Of a DNA stretch of 64,000 nt, positions 1 to 12,660 are shown piece after piece. Below the pieces are notes generated by a model. It saw nothing but the letters and a program-made list of their open reading frames with translations. It ran no database searches and was not told the DNA's origin. The DNA lies in contig OZ037843.1 in the NCBI GenBank assembly GCA_964035575.1, positions 496,001 through 560,000 on the forward strand, written 5' to 3'. Position 1 is the first letter of the stretch; every line of letters begins with the position of its first letter. The position numbers were made by a program, and so were the translations under genes. This DNA comes from Rhynchopus sp. YZ270_cl-10 (Eukaryota).

Positions 1-1317
1 TAAAAGAGTAAGACGGGCACCTTGTAGGTAGTCCACCTTAGGTAATATAATATTTGACCTGACAGAACAAAAAAATATATTCAAGTACTACAGAAAAAGG
101 GATGTGGTCAAGCGCATGACGTAACACAAGGAAGATAAGTACCGGTATTTTTTTTAAGGAAAAAAAACTGTACTTAAGAATATGGGGTACGTTCGAAAAA
201 CGATCTACACATCTTGCCTTCTCTGGAGAAATTTGAGGGGAAATACAACAAAAATAAAATCAAGGTGAATGTGCCTTCGTACACATCTTTGAAAACGAAA
301 GGAAAACAGGGAGAGTTTCTTTTATCGCAATAATGGCGGAAGCCGTATAGCCCATAGGGGAATATGGGCAAAGATGACGGATAGCACGCACAGAGAAAGA
401 AAAAAAAACAATGAAGTTGACAGGTGCAAAAAACGCCTCTGGGACGCAGGCACTGACACTCCAAAAATACGGAAAGGGGTTTGGGTGGGGGGCTGGGCAG
501 GGTATCTGTGGGATTATTTTTGAGCGAATAATAACATTGCCCCCCAAATATTGGGCTGGACTTTAAATTGCATCCGGAAGGGGGGGCCTTTTCGTCCTGA
601 AACTCTATGAAGGTGTACCTGAGGGTGAACCGGCCATTTTCGGAACCGGGAACCTGGTTCCCGGTTCCAAAAATGACCGGTTCCCCAAAGTTTTGGTTCC
701 AATATGAGTTTTCCCCCCTTTTTTTGTGTACATGATACAAGCAGCACTCAGGTTGTCACGTTAGTCTCTACCATAATATCCCCTCTAACTTCCTGGAGCT
801 ACTACAGTACACAGAAGTGAGGTACAGGCCTCCCCCAGTTTTTTTTTGGGCAAGTATTATTTTTTAAAACAAAGGTAGAAAGAAAAATCAACGAAAACTT
901 GAAATGTGAATGTGCCTCGCCTCTGATGCACACCCATTTAGAAGGAAAGTTGCACAGATGCGTCTGTTCCCTTATTGAGGATTAGTGATCTCATGCAACC
1001 TTAGAATACAAATAGAAACCCAACTCAGGATACGATGATGAAGAAATAAAAGCCAAAAAAAAAAAATACGAATACCGTACACATCTGGAGAAATGTCTGG
1101 GGAACAAATCGGAGGGGGGGGTTTTTTTTTTGTTGTCGTTTTTGTTGTTGTTGTTGTTGTTGTGTCGACAATCACCTAACCGAATCATGGTCTGTCCACA
1201 ATGTCGCCCCGAAGGCTATTGACATCATTGTACTTATTTGATGTCGCCGCTATCATATTTTTTTATATATTTTTTGCTAATTTGTTGGATTAGTGTGGAC
1301 GGTATTCACTTTTATAT

Positions 1318-2476
1318 TTTTCTCAACTGAGGAAAAGTAGCTCTGAGCAAACCCCGTGGAAGAAGTGTGAGGATAAATTCACTTTTCCTCACACATAGCC
1401 ACTTTTCCTCACGCAATTTGGAAAAGTAGCAATAATTTTTGGCTGGGGTTTGTGTAGAAAAAAGCCTATGTGTGAGGCTTTTTTTGGTGTGAGGAAAAGT
1501 AGAGGGGGGGTCGAAAAAAAAATTGGGTGGGAGAGTGGGTCATTTTGATATCTCTGCTTCACATTTTGTCACCGTGACCAACATGACCATTTTTTGGTCC
1601 ATTTTTTCGGCCAAAAATTTGGTACCACAGGGCTATACCATATACTGGGATTATCAATCTTTTGAAAATACACGTCCTGGGCTGGACGTTAAATTGCATC
1701 CGGGGGCCCTTTTGTGGCACTCCTCCTGAAACTCTATGAAGGTCTGACCTGAGGGTAAAAGGTGCTGGGTATGCTACCCTGGGTGCTGAAGGCAGGCACA
1801 CAACATGTGTGGAGGGACCTGCAGAGCCCTAGCCAGTGAAGCCAAGGAGGCCCCCCTAGGAAACTAGGGAACGGATTGGAAGAGACCTCGCCGGTAGCCG
1901 GGAACCCTCCCTGGGCTAGTACAATGATGAAACTTCAATCTTAAGTCCACACCCATGTGGCGGCCGCTTTGGCATGCGTCTGTAAGGACAGCCTTGACTG
2001 ATACTTTCTGTATTAGCACACGATTGCCTCCCTGAAGGCTACGTAGCTACCTGAGTACAAAAAAAAAAAAAAAAAACGGCCTGGTATTCGGGCCAAAATG
2101 TCCCATGGGGCCCATAGTAGCCTTACTGGGTGTCGAGCAGAGCCAATCTTAATAGTGAAATTCGATTTTCTGTGAAAAATATTCCCACCAAAAAATCGTC
2201 TTTTTTTTTCTGCATATTCTTCCCACACTTCTTCCACGGGGTTCGCTTAGAGCTACTTTTCCTTCAGTTGAGAAAACTATTATATTCTGGTGAAATATTC
2301 ACTTTCCCTCCACTCGTGCCCTTTCAGAAACTCGTGGCTGACTTTATCCCACTCGCTTCGCTCGTGAGATAAAGTCTATTACCCCACTCGCTTCGCTCGT
2401 GGGGTAAAATGCCACTCGTTTCTGAAAGGTACACTCGTGTGAGGAAAAGTGAATATTTCCTCAGACGAATAAATAG
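1318..2476 (-). mobile_element. Asymmetric hairpin-ended non-autonomous element (family H1, copy 1), interrupted by a SINE
   Basis: The left-end ~55 bp (TCTCAACTGAGGAAAAGTAGCTC...GAAGTGTG) is inverted at ~2222-2276, followed by a ~200-bp branched terminal foldback (2277-2476). A near-identical uninterrupted copy is at 43296-44049. Confidence 0.85.
1672..2077 (+). mobile_element. Poly(A)-tailed SINE-like retroposon
   Basis: Absent from the 43296-44049 copy (empty site GAAAATAC|GGCCTGG). Ends in an A18 tail with an imperfect TSD AAAATAC/AAAAAAC. Relatives at ~552-630 (+) and ~8640-8879 (-). Confidence 0.85.
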
Positions 2477-2927
2477 CTATTTTTTTTTTTGTAAATTGCT
2501 CTGTATTTACAGTGCAAGGAGGGCATAATATCCCCTCCTTGATAAAAACGTGTGTAATGAGTGTGTGGTGTGGTGTGGTTGAAAGCAATATTTTCTTTGT
2601 CGGTAATTCCGTCCGAAAGACGGAATATTTTCCAACAAAAAAAGGGAAAAAGAAAAAGAAAAAAAAAGGACGGGAGGAGAACTCAAAAACTATGAAGACA
2701 AGCCTTATGAAAGGCTGCTCACAGTTGAGTCTGTGTGTGTGTTGGTGAAAAAAGAAGAAGAAAAAAAAAAAAGGAATGGGGATAAAAATGGGAAGTTGAT
2801 AGGGGTGCAGTACAAGACAATACAGGATAATCATACAATTTTAAAAAAAAAGAAAAAGTCAGTGTTTCCTACAGGTCGAAAAAAAAAAACAAAAAGCTTT
2901 TTTGGGAGAAACCCCCCAAAGTGCGGG

Positions 2928-2959
<32 letters not shown>

Positions 2960-3324
2960 GCCCAAAATAATTTTCCGCGCTCCGCGCGAAAAGGGGGTGC
3001 CTTCATTCGGCACCTATAGGTGGGTGGAGATGGAGTAGCGGTACATCGCGTGCAGGTGGGAAATGCAGGCTCGCGATGCTATTCTATTCGTCCAGGCAGC
3101 GCAAGAACAACTTCAGCAGCAGCTTCTGCAGGCAGCGCTACAATTGAATCAACCGCCGCCCGTCACTTCATATTCATTGTATACACTCCGCCCATGTCTG
3201 CCTCACAGCCATCCAGGCAACCAGGGAACGTGGTTCAACATACCAAACCCAGAAATAGCAACTCTGATACGTCGGGAAACACTGAAAAAGGGTAAGATGA
3301 ATTGACACCTTCAAGGGGGTTGTG

Positions 3325-3436
3325 GTTGGCTGTATTGTGATAATTTCCCAGTGATAATACATAATGCACATCACAATACAAGCTGTATTGTGATGTGTGT
3401 TATGTATTATGATGGGCAGTTATCGCAAATACAGCT
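3325..3436. repeat. Palindromic MITE-like repeat
   Basis: GCTGTATTGTGATAA...TTATCGCAAATACAGC foldback. Relatives at ~30335-30390 and 53061-53291. Confidence 0.6.
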
Positions 3437-3556
3437 ATCACTATTAGGGGGGTAGGGGGGATGGGGGGTATCTAAAAATTAAAAAAAAAAAGGGTGAAAG
3501 TCAAATGTATACACATATACACAGGGTTATAGTCAGATCTATACACTCATTGTATA

Positions 3557-3877
3557 CCGCGATTGGAAATATTATGGACCGAATTAAGTACCAAATGTCC
3601 CGAAAAAACCTCAAACGTACCATAATTAATTCGGTCCAACAATAACCCGAACCAAATATTAATTCGATTCATATCGTTCTGGGCAAAAAGGTACTGGTCA
3701 AAAAAATAAGATTCGCCCTTTCCTCGGGGGACAAGTACAAAAAAAATTGCCCCCCAAAACATTATGGACCGAATTAAGTACCAAATGAAACTCAAAAACC
3801 TCGAACGTACCATAATTAATTCGGTCCATAATATTTTGTTTCTTTATTTATTCGGTCCATAATATTTCCAAACGCGG
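3557..3877. mobile_element. TA-flanked MITE (Tc1/mariner-like) nested in the left TIR
   Basis: TIR CCGCG(A/T)TTGGAAATATTATGGACCGAAT. TA duplication is evident against the uninterrupted right TIR. Confidence 0.85.
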
Positions 3878-4129
3878 TATACAATTGTCAATTGTACATA
3901 CAATTGTATAGAAATTGTATAGATCTGACTATTTGATGTACAATCCCAACTTTTTTTATAGTCAGATCTATACAATTTATGTACAATCCCAGTACACAGG
4001 ATTTGGCCAGGTTTCTGGCTATTGCCTCCCACCTACCCACCTACCCACACACACCCACCCCTACAGGACTATACACAAAAAAATGGAAATTGGGTTTCGC
4101 ACACCCGATTTTTCTCAGAAGTCAGTCAC

Positions 4130-5000
4130 TGCTATTGCCATTTAACCCAGGGAGCATAGCTAGTGCAAGAAATTTGACTTTGGAAACCTTCCGGAAAGTC
4201 TGTCCTCTGCTTGCGGAGGACTAGACACAAGAAAATATTGCGTTCCCCCAGAAAACCAGCGCACATCTCACACTCCTTGTGGGTGGTCTTGTTGCCTTTT
4301 CGTCATAGTAATTTTGGCCCAGGCATGCTCTCGAAGCATGACAATTTAGTGTGTATGGGGCAGGGTGTTGTTTTGTTCTGAATTCTCTTTGTTATAACAT
4401 CTAAGTCAATTGCGGGTGGTGGTTTGTGTAGCGTGAGGCACTCTTTTTAACAAACTTCCTGCGGCTGCTAAAGCGTTATTTCTTCGGATTTAACAACGTA
4501 CAGCGTAACATAGTGGATTCGCCTGGTCGACACAACCTTTGATAGATACGGGATAACCAACCCCCTTCGACCCCTTGTGGGTTCACTGAACAAGCCCTCG
4601 TGGTAGTTAAACGCGATTGACATTTACATTCCTAGAGATGAAAGAACAAGACAACACTTCTGTACCCGCGCATCAAAATTGTGGAAAACTTTGCACCCCA
4701 AACACCCTCAACAACGCCCGCCAAAAGGCGCCCCTTGTTGCTGGGAGTTGTTCTCATGTTTGATACCTGCACAGCGGGCATTCCTCTGAGTCCAACGCAT
4801 GTTTGGCCTGTCTGCGGCGTTGTACTTCAGGTGCACGAAGACAGGGTCTGGTGGTAAATTTTGCGTAGTGTCGCATTCCCTCATGTGTGGGTCACTCACA
4901 CTTGCGGTCATGTGCCACTGCGTGGGTTTGGGAATTTGGGTACCTGGGTACAGGATATTTGTTGTGAAAGACATCTTCCACCATGCATTGAGGAGGGTAA
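4130..5000 (-). pseudogene. Possible decayed transposase remnant with Cys-rich tail
   Basis: Fragmented minus-strand translation ...YNAADRPN...AFWRALL...KTTHKECEMC...IFLC...C, loosely like piggyBac-type C-termini. Contains stops and frameshifts. Confidence 0.3.
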
Positions 5001-5356
5001 GACAGTGCTCGCATTTTACTTGAAATCATTACAACATTTAACTTCTCCACGGGGGTCTTGGGCCGTTCATTCGGTTATACCTTGACTAGCGGCAGAGGCC
5101 TTTTAGGACTCTATAACTCCGATATTCCCGAACGGAGGCACACTTTGTGTGTTACTACGACCTGGCAATTTCCAGCAGTAGGTTAAGTAATGTTTTCTTG
5201 TAAATTGTTGGATCATTATCTCCTCAGTGCATGGATGCCCCACGCGACGGACACTTTTGTGTTTGTCAAGTGGACTGTCTGGTCACTTCTCAGTGACTGG
5301 CGGGTTGGCTGTGGTTGCTCTTTCACGACTTTTATCCTTGTATCCAGTGTACCGTG

Positions 5357-5532
5357 TACCTGGGTACCTGGGTACCTGGGTACCTGGGTACCTGGGTACC
5401 TGGGTACCTGGGTACCTGGGTACCTGGGTACCTGGGTACCTGGGTACCTGGGTACCTGGGTACCTGGGTACCTGGGTACCTGGGTACCTGGGTACCTGGG
5501 TACCTGGGTACCTGGGTACCTGGGTACCTGGG
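5357..5532. repeat. (TACCTGGG)x22 tandem repeat
   Basis: Perfect 8-bp array read directly. Confidence 0.97.
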
Positions 5533-6450
5533 TATGGCGTGTACAATCTCCCTCGAGTGTACAATCCAAAAATTGTATAGATCTGACTTTTGTATAGTCA
5601 AATCTATACAATTTGTGTACGACCTAGTGTATACTAGGATTGTACATAAATTGTATAGATCTGACTATAAAAAAAGTTGGGATTGTACATCAAATAGTCA
5701 GATCTATACAATTTCTATACAATTGTATGTACAATTGACAATTGTATATACAATGAGTGTATAGATCTGACTATAACCCTGTGTATATGTGTATACATTT
5801 GACTTTCACCCAAAAAAAAAAAAAAAAAAAATGCTGGGATGCATCTGAGCAGTGCTCAGTCACCCAGACAAAAGGAAACGATAAAAAAAAAAATGTGGAC
5901 GTTGGGGAGGTGCGATGGGGTGGGATTGGGGTGGGGGTGGGAAAGAAGAAAAGTTTATACACAGCGAACGGCAATAGAAACGAATAATATTTTTTTTTTC
6001 CCTTCTTTTTTTTTTGAAAGAAATAATATTATAAAACTATCCAGAATCTCATTCGTTTGTGTTTGCTTTTTGATAATTTGTTCGATTAGTGTTTTGAAAG
6101 AAAAACTGATAACATGAGCTAAAGTCTCATGCACTTATCCACATTGCAATCGTAACTTTTTATCAAAAAATAAAACTCTTCCTTTTTTCGATAGATATTC
6201 AGTCAAAAGAAACGAAAACAAGGAAAAAAGAGAGAGAAAGCTTTTTCGTTGATCGCTCGAATTAGTGTCCCTGAGTGAATGAGTCTGGGGAGTAATTCGG
6301 CAAGCACTATCTAAAAAAAAACAGAGTTTTATTTTTATATGACGATTCTCGAAAAGAAGATGCTTTTTTTTTTCCTCTCTGATGTCGATACAACGCCCTA
6401 CGGATCGAATGGATGCTACAATCTCTCTTTTTTTTTTTTTTTTTTTTTTT

Positions 6451-6497
6451 GAAAACTTGGTTGTATCAGTGTAGCCACCCTAAAGTGTGCTCCACTA
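6451..6497 (-). mobile_element. ~47-nt stem-loop + poly(A) mini-retroposon (family S1, representative)
   Basis: On the plus strand: poly(T)-GAAAACTTGGTTGTATTAGTGTAG...CTCCACTA. About 17 copies, e.g. 7580, 9608, 22334, 25536, 29916, 35744, 37490, 39556, 48937, 49821. Confidence 0.8.
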
Positions 6498-7695
6498 TAC
6501 CTAACATTTTTACGTCACCGCAGACGAGCGCGATGATCTCTCTTGTGTGGCAGATGTCACATTGATGCCCTACGGAACGATTGGATTTTACAATCTCTCT
6601 TTTTTTTCTTTTTTTTTTTTTTTTGATAAATTGTTGGATTGTTTGGATGAACAAAACCCTCTCGTGTCGCGGGGTATCCTGAATAAAAGGGGGAGGTACT
6701 CGAGAAGGTATGTGGGATATGCAGGTTGTAAGAATGGCGGGTGGGGGTTTTTGATTTGAAAAATAAAACAAGATATAAATTTATCTCATTCATTCATCAA
6801 TCAGTCATAAAAAAAAAACGCTGAAGAAAAAAAAAAAGATAAAAATAAACGGTGGAATATGCAGTTGTAAGAATGGCAGTAGGGGATATTTGAAAAAATT
6901 AAAGCAGAATTTTCATTTCTGGTATTTTTTTCAGGAGGGGAGAGGGGGGTAATAAATGTTGACAATATGAATACTATTATGATTCGTGTACTTCTCTGGG
7001 TGAGCTAGGATCGTCTCCGTGAGACACGTAACAGGCTGTGAGAGCTTGTGAGAGTGTGTGAGAGTCTCTGAGAGCCTGTGAGAGCTTACTGAGAGCTAGT
7101 GGAAAAAAAAAAAAAAAAAAAATCTCTCCCCGTTCATAGATCACCCAATCTCTTGAAAATCTTGAAGAATAATTTTCATATACATTCCAATCAAAGACTA
7201 GAAAACACACAAACGTTCAAGAAGAGAGAGAGAGAGAAAAGTGGACAAAAAAAAAATCCTAAAAATTCTTGTATTTGTGACCCTGAAGGGAATATTCGTT
7301 TTGTGCGTAAAGTGTAATAAATATTCTGTGTTGAAACTTTTACTGCAATACGCTCCCACTGACCTGGCTGTGAAGAGGAAATCTCTTTGAGGCCAAAAAA
7401 AAGATGTCGGTTTAAATAGGGAACAAACACGTGGTGTAGTAAGAAAGTCTTAAAAAAGGGAAGGCAGGCATAACGAGCGGGAAAAAAAAAAAAAACAGAA
7501 AAGAGTGGAAAGATGCAGAGCATCCCCCTTCGGGGGGCTACACGCGTTTGATTTTTTTTTTTCTTTTTTTCTTTTTTTTGAAAACTTGGTTGTATTAGTG
7601 TAGACACCCGAGAGGATGCACTCCACTATAATATTTTTTGTTTGATTTGAGGGGAAAACATTTTTTCTTTTTTTTTTTTTTTTTTTTGCATTTGT

Positions 7696-8561
7696 CATAC
7701 TTGGACCGCCCGAAATATATTTCGGGCATTTCGGGCGATTTCGGGCGAATTAGGGGCGGATTTCGGGCGATTTTGTGCGCCCGAAGTCGCCCGAAATCGC
7801 CCGAAATGCAGATTTCGGGCGAATTCGGGCGCTTTTTCCGTAGTGAAAACCGACTAGGTAGGGTTCTACTCATTTTCGCAAAAAACTTTTTATATTTGGA
7901 AAGATTTGATGCCAAATCTGTCAAAATAAGCAAGAATCGAAAACTTTTGTACACCTGAGTGCACTTTGGAGGCCCGTGAGAATCACCACCAAGTCACGGG
8001 TTTTCTGACTATCATTTGCTTATTCCTACCCAAAACACACTATGAACCGGGTTTTCACTATTTTTTCGTATTTCAGGGTGAATTTTTGTGAATTTTCGGG
8101 TCACAGGGTGGTTCTGACCCATTCTCGGGGTGTTTCGGGCCTGTAGTTGCTCAGGAGATGCCCAAAAACGTGAAAAATCGCCTTTTTACGTTTTTAGTAG
8201 TATTTTAGTGTAAATTGTTAAGGAAATCGGTTTTATACGTGGCTGCTAACAGAGCTGCACTCATATAAGTTGGGTTCTACTAGGAATTTTTGCTCAATTT
8301 TTTTTTTCTTTGAACAAATTTTGTGCCAATCTTTCAAATAAAGCGTTAGATTTTTACACAGATAGCATGCTTCCCAGCACACATAAGATACTGGTTGTGC
8401 GCCCGAATTCGCCCGAAATGTGCCCGAATTCGCCCGAATTACGTATAAATTCCCTTTAAAACGCCCGAAATATATTTCGGGCACATTTCGGGCGCTCGGG
8501 ATCCGCGCCCGAAAAATCCGCCCGAATTCGCCCGAAATATATTTCGGGCGGTCCAAGTATG
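7696..8561. mobile_element. MITE family with CATACTTGGACCGCCCGAAATATATTTCGGGC TIRs, 6-bp TSD (copy 1)
   Basis: Perfect TIR, TSD ATTTGT, subterminal GCCCGAA repeats. Confidence 0.92.
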
Positions 8562-8639
8562 ATTTGTAGACAGGCTATTATATACGATTTTTTTCCTTAC
8601 CAAAAGTGCAAAAAAAGTGAGGTTGCTATTCCTGAGGGG

Positions 8640-8879
8640 GCTGCAGGCACGGAGGGGCTTTTTTGGAAGGAGTGGACTTAAGTTTGAAGTATCATCGTTG
8701 TCCAGGGAGGGTTCCCGGCTACCGGCTAGTTTCCTAGGGGGCCTCATGGCTTCACTGGCTAGGGCTCCAGCAGGTCCCACACATGCACTGTGCCTGACTT
8801 TCCCAGCACCTTTCACCCCTTCAGGAGGAGCGCCACAAAGGGCACCCGGATGCAATTTTTCACGTCCATATGAGGACGT
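8640..8879 (-). mobile_element. Partial copy of the SINE at 1672-2077
   Basis: The reverse complement shares ACGTCC..GGACGT, AATTGCATCCGGG, GCCCTAGCCAGTGAAGCCA and GCCGGTAGCCGGGAACCCTCCCTGG. Confidence 0.75.
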
Positions 8880-10142
8880 GACTCTATTTTTTTTGCGGAG
8901 CAAAAAAAAATAATATAAAATGGCGCCGCAGGCGGAAAAAAATTGGGGTACGGTGTAAAAATCTAGCCTTTTACACCACAGAGTCACTCAACGAACCCTT
9001 TTTTGCGGAGCAAAAAAGGAAAAATGGCGCCGCAGGCAAAATTTTTTTGGGTACAGCCTGTATGGTACGGGATTCATGGTGCGGTCAGCAGCCCAGTTCC
9101 CCAAAAAATGCAAAAAAATTTTTCTCCAAATCTCCAAATCTGCAATTTTTTTTTTTTTTTTTTCAAAACTGAGGTTTGGCCTCAGTTCTACTACGGTGTA
9201 TAAATCTCTGTTTGTAGATTGATTATCCGGGTTAGTCTCTGGATCACATTTTTTTTGCATTTTTTTCTTTGCTTCCAAACAGTTTTTTTTTTATTCATTC
9301 TTTTGAAAAAATTGACCACGTGTAGACACCACCTGTGTGCACTCCACGCTCTTTTATTCAGTATTGATGAGCAAAAAAAAAAGGGGGGGAGGAGGAATAA
9401 GAAGAAAAGACTCTCAAAAATGGGCAGAGAAAGACCACTGGACAACATTTTTTTCCCCTCATTATTTTTTTTTTTTTTTACAATTGGCGAATTTTTGGAA
9501 TGCTTTCTGAAAAAAATTTTTGGAGGGGGGGTTTTTTAAAAGTTCCCGTATAAGGGAGTAATGAAGCGGTTTAAGGAAGGGGGGTTGAAAGTTTTTTTTT
9601 TGTTTTTGAAAACTTGGTTGTATTAGTGTAGCCACCCTAGAGTGTGCTCCACTATTGTTTTTTGTTACTGAAGGAAGGGGGATTTTGAATGGGGTTTTTT
9701 ATGAAGTTTTTGTTATGTTTGCTTTGTGCTCTGAAGGAAGGGGGAGAATTGATTGGAAAAGAAAACCAATTCCATATACTTTTCGTTCAAAGTGAGAGAA
9801 ATCACACAAAAAAAAAAGGGGGGGGAGACGGTCAAATACATGATACATTCAGGTAGGTAAAAGGAGGGGGTTTGATTAAAAAAGTTTGTAAAACGAAAAA
9901 TTGGTTGGTTCTCTCTGTATTGCTTTGGCTTTTGTTTTTTGTTTTTTTTGCCGAAAAAATCAATTTTAGTTAGATGTTAACTCAGGTAGGTAAAAGGAGG
10001 GGGGGGGGAAAAGATTTTTTTTTCGTTGATTGTTCAATTACCCTGTTGGAGGGGTGGGGGGGGGTGATTGGGGGCGACCGCATCAGGGGAAGCGATTTCT
10101 CCTGTACGCTTTGTAGGTAATACTAGGTATATGGTATATAAC

Positions 10143-10267
10143 CACGGGTTGTCTACGATCGTAGTACGATCGTACGATCATAATACGATCGTAGGTACGA
10201 TCGTAGTGCGATCAAAAAAAAGAGCTACGATCGTAAGAAATCGTACTACGATCGTAGGCAACCCGTG
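10143..10267. mobile_element. Small MITE with TACGATCGTA internal repeats
   Basis: Termini CACGGGTTG...CAACCCGTG. Confidence 0.7.
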
Positions 10268-10739
10268 TATAACAGAGGAATTATTTCATATACATTATTT
10301 TCTGACGAAAAGAAGGTATAGAGGGGTGCTAAAAATGTACCCTTGCTTTTTTTTTTACAGAGAAAAAAAAAAGAGAGAGAGAGAGAGAGAAAACCTGAAA
10401 AATAGTGCAAATGCCTCACCACACACTGGAGGGACATCGGCGATGACATTCACATCGTTTTTCTTGCATCCTTTTTTACACCCTCACTTTTTTTTGAAAA
10501 TTTTCGTTGTATTAGTGCAGACCACCCGAGGATGAGATTGGTCTACACACGTCTTTTCTTTTTTTCTTTTTTCTTTTCATTGTTCTTCTTTTTTTTGGCT
10601 ATCGAACAGCTAAAAAAAAGGGGATTATTTTTTGTGATAAATTGTTGAGCAAGTTTTTAATTATTTTTTTGATATTTCGACAAACGGGATGCCATCGCAT
10701 TTTTTTTTTTTTTTGATGGCCAGCACAGTGGCCTTTCGC

Positions 10740-10801
10740 CGTTTCGTGGTTACCGTTGCTACATCATCTTCCCGCCTCCACTCGTCCAGAAATGAACGGG
10801 G
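10740..10801 (-). ncRNA. Decayed permuted hammerhead ribozyme
   Basis: Minus strand: CCCG-tt-CATTT-CTGGACGA-GTGG-ag-GCGGG..tGTA-GCAACG-gtaa-CCAC-GAAAC. Core and stem I are mutated. Confidence 0.5.
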
Positions 10802-11279
10802 ATAAATGGGAACCCAGGATCATGGCTTCCCGGGTGAGATTGGTTCGGCTTCAGGCCTTCCCTGCGCCAGATGACTGTCACGGCTAAGTTTTTAGAAGAG
10901 CGGGAAAAAAGTAAACATGAGACAATGAGGAAAATGAGGAAACTGAGGACATGGATCACTTATCATCAAAAAAAAAAAAAATAAATAAATAAATAAATAA
11001 ATGGACGCTAAATGGGGGGTGCGGTGAGTGGTGAAGTTATTAAATAACAACACGCTGACGGATGGTAATGATGATGGTGATGGTGGAAGGGGGAAGAGGG
11101 ATGGATGGGTATAGGACTTTTGATAATTTGTTAGTTTGGGTGATACAACCAAGTTTTGCAACAAACATTATTAGCATAGAAACCCGAGGATGTGCTCTGC
11201 TATTGCGTCGACAATCGCCCGAGTAATCCCATCAGGTGGGAGAATTCGGGTCTGTACTCAATGTTGGCCGAAGCCTTTA

Positions 11280-11825
11280 CTGGGGGGGGGGGGGGGGCTA
11301 TTAAAGTATACGGTGCTAATAAAGTATACGGGGGTAATAAAGTATACGGCGCGGAAACCCATTTTGAGCGTGGAAATCTGTGAAATAAAGTATACGGTTT
11401 TTGTGTACATTTTTCTTACTAAAAAAAATTTCCACCAATTTTTGCACAAAAAATCGAAAAATTTTTTTTTTGATTTCGGTGGTCCGGATTCTGTGCGTGC
11501 TGTGATGGGCTCACTTTGAGCTGAGAAACGTGCATTTTTGACCTAAAACGCGTGTGTCAGTTTTTACACGATTGGTGCCTGATGGGGTTCAGATTTGTGA
11601 AAATTTAAGTCACCAAAAAATTGTTCATTTTTCCACATTGACCCCACCACTGGCTGGGATTGGCCCAAAAATGTCAATGGTGGTGTTTTCGCGAGGTTTC
11701 GGCCACTAAGAAACCCCGAAATAACAGTGATTTTTTTTTTTTTTTTTCCTTTTTCGTTTTTTGGCCATTTAAACAGTAATTCCCGCCGAATAAAGTATAC
11801 GTATACTTTAATAGCTCCCCCCCAG
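11280..11825. mobile_element. TA-flanked MITE
   Basis: TA|CTGGGGG..GCTATTAAAGTATACG ... CGTATACTTTAATAGCTCCCCCCCAG|TA. Confidence 0.85.
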
Positions 11826-11872
11826 TAGAAGGTTTTGACGTCGTTCGACCATTTTTTTTTTTTTTTTTTTTT

Positions 11873-12660
11873 TTATTCTATTTGTCTAGTAAAAACACTT
11901 TATACGTGCAATCCCTCTATAAAACGAATAAATTAAAGTGGACTTTATTTTACAGCTCGCACGAGGGTTTTCTATGGAGCTGTAAAATAAAGTTTTACTC
12001 CGTAAAATAAAGTTTTACACGCTGGAGACCAGGGTTTCCCCTACTTTTTTCACCAGCGCCCCACGAAAAACCGAGTAAAATAAAGTGTGCTGGAAAATAG
12101 AGGAGCTGTACGAAGATTATGGGATCTGTGTACCTGTGTACCTGTGTACCTGTGTACCTGTGTACCTGTGTACCTGTGTACCTGTGTACCTGTGTACCTG
12201 TGTACCTGTGTACCTGTGTACCTGTGTACCTGTGTACCTGTGTACCTGTGTACCTGTGTACCTGTGTACCTGTGTACCTGTGTACCTGTGTACCTGTGTA
12301 CCTGTGTACCTATACCTGGGAAAATGGGTACTCCCACTTTATTGTTCATTGTCATGCATGAGAAACAGTGCCCTTATGTCACCCCTGTTTTTTGTAGTAG
12401 TACACCCACACCCTCTCCACTCTTTGGTCAACATCATTTTATTCGTTTTAAAGAAGGATTGCGTATATCGTGTTTTTACTAGACAAATAAAACAACTTAT
12501 CACTGCAAAATAAAGTAGACTTCACTATTTTACTCGATATTTCCAGGTGCACTCGTGTATTTTTTTTTCCCTCGCTTCGCTCGGGAAAAAAATACACACT
12601 CGTGCACCTGGAAATATCGCGTAAAATAAAGTCTACTTTATTTTACAGTAATAAATAGTT
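11873..12660 (-). mobile_element. Asymmetric hairpin-ended element (family H2)
   Basis: The left end (TATTTGTCTAGTAAAAACAC..AAAACGAATAAA) is inverted at ~12436-12490, followed by a terminal foldback 12494-12660 centred on CTCGCTTCGCTCG. T-rich flanks. Confidence 0.8.
12131..12306. repeat. (TACCTGTG)x22 tandem repeat
   Basis: Perfect 8-bp array read directly. Confidence 0.97.

Larger units (their letters stand above)
3492..5811. mobile_element. 2.3-kb DNA transposon derivative with ~190-bp TIRs
   Basis: GGGTGAAAGTCAAATGTATACACATATACACAGGG... at 3492 is inverted at the 5811 end. The TIR match continues past the nested MITE. Internal TATAGATCTGACT repeats; both flanks are A-runs. Confidence 0.85.

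Noticed and set aside
1918..2005. Box C/D snoRNA-like ATGATGA...CTGA with AGTA/TACT flanks
   Set aside because: Lies inside a SINE, and the related copy at ~8690 lacks box C.
5190..5764. Repetitive ORFs (VPGYLGTW), and likewise at 12050-12513
   Set aside because: Translations of 8-bp tandem repeats.
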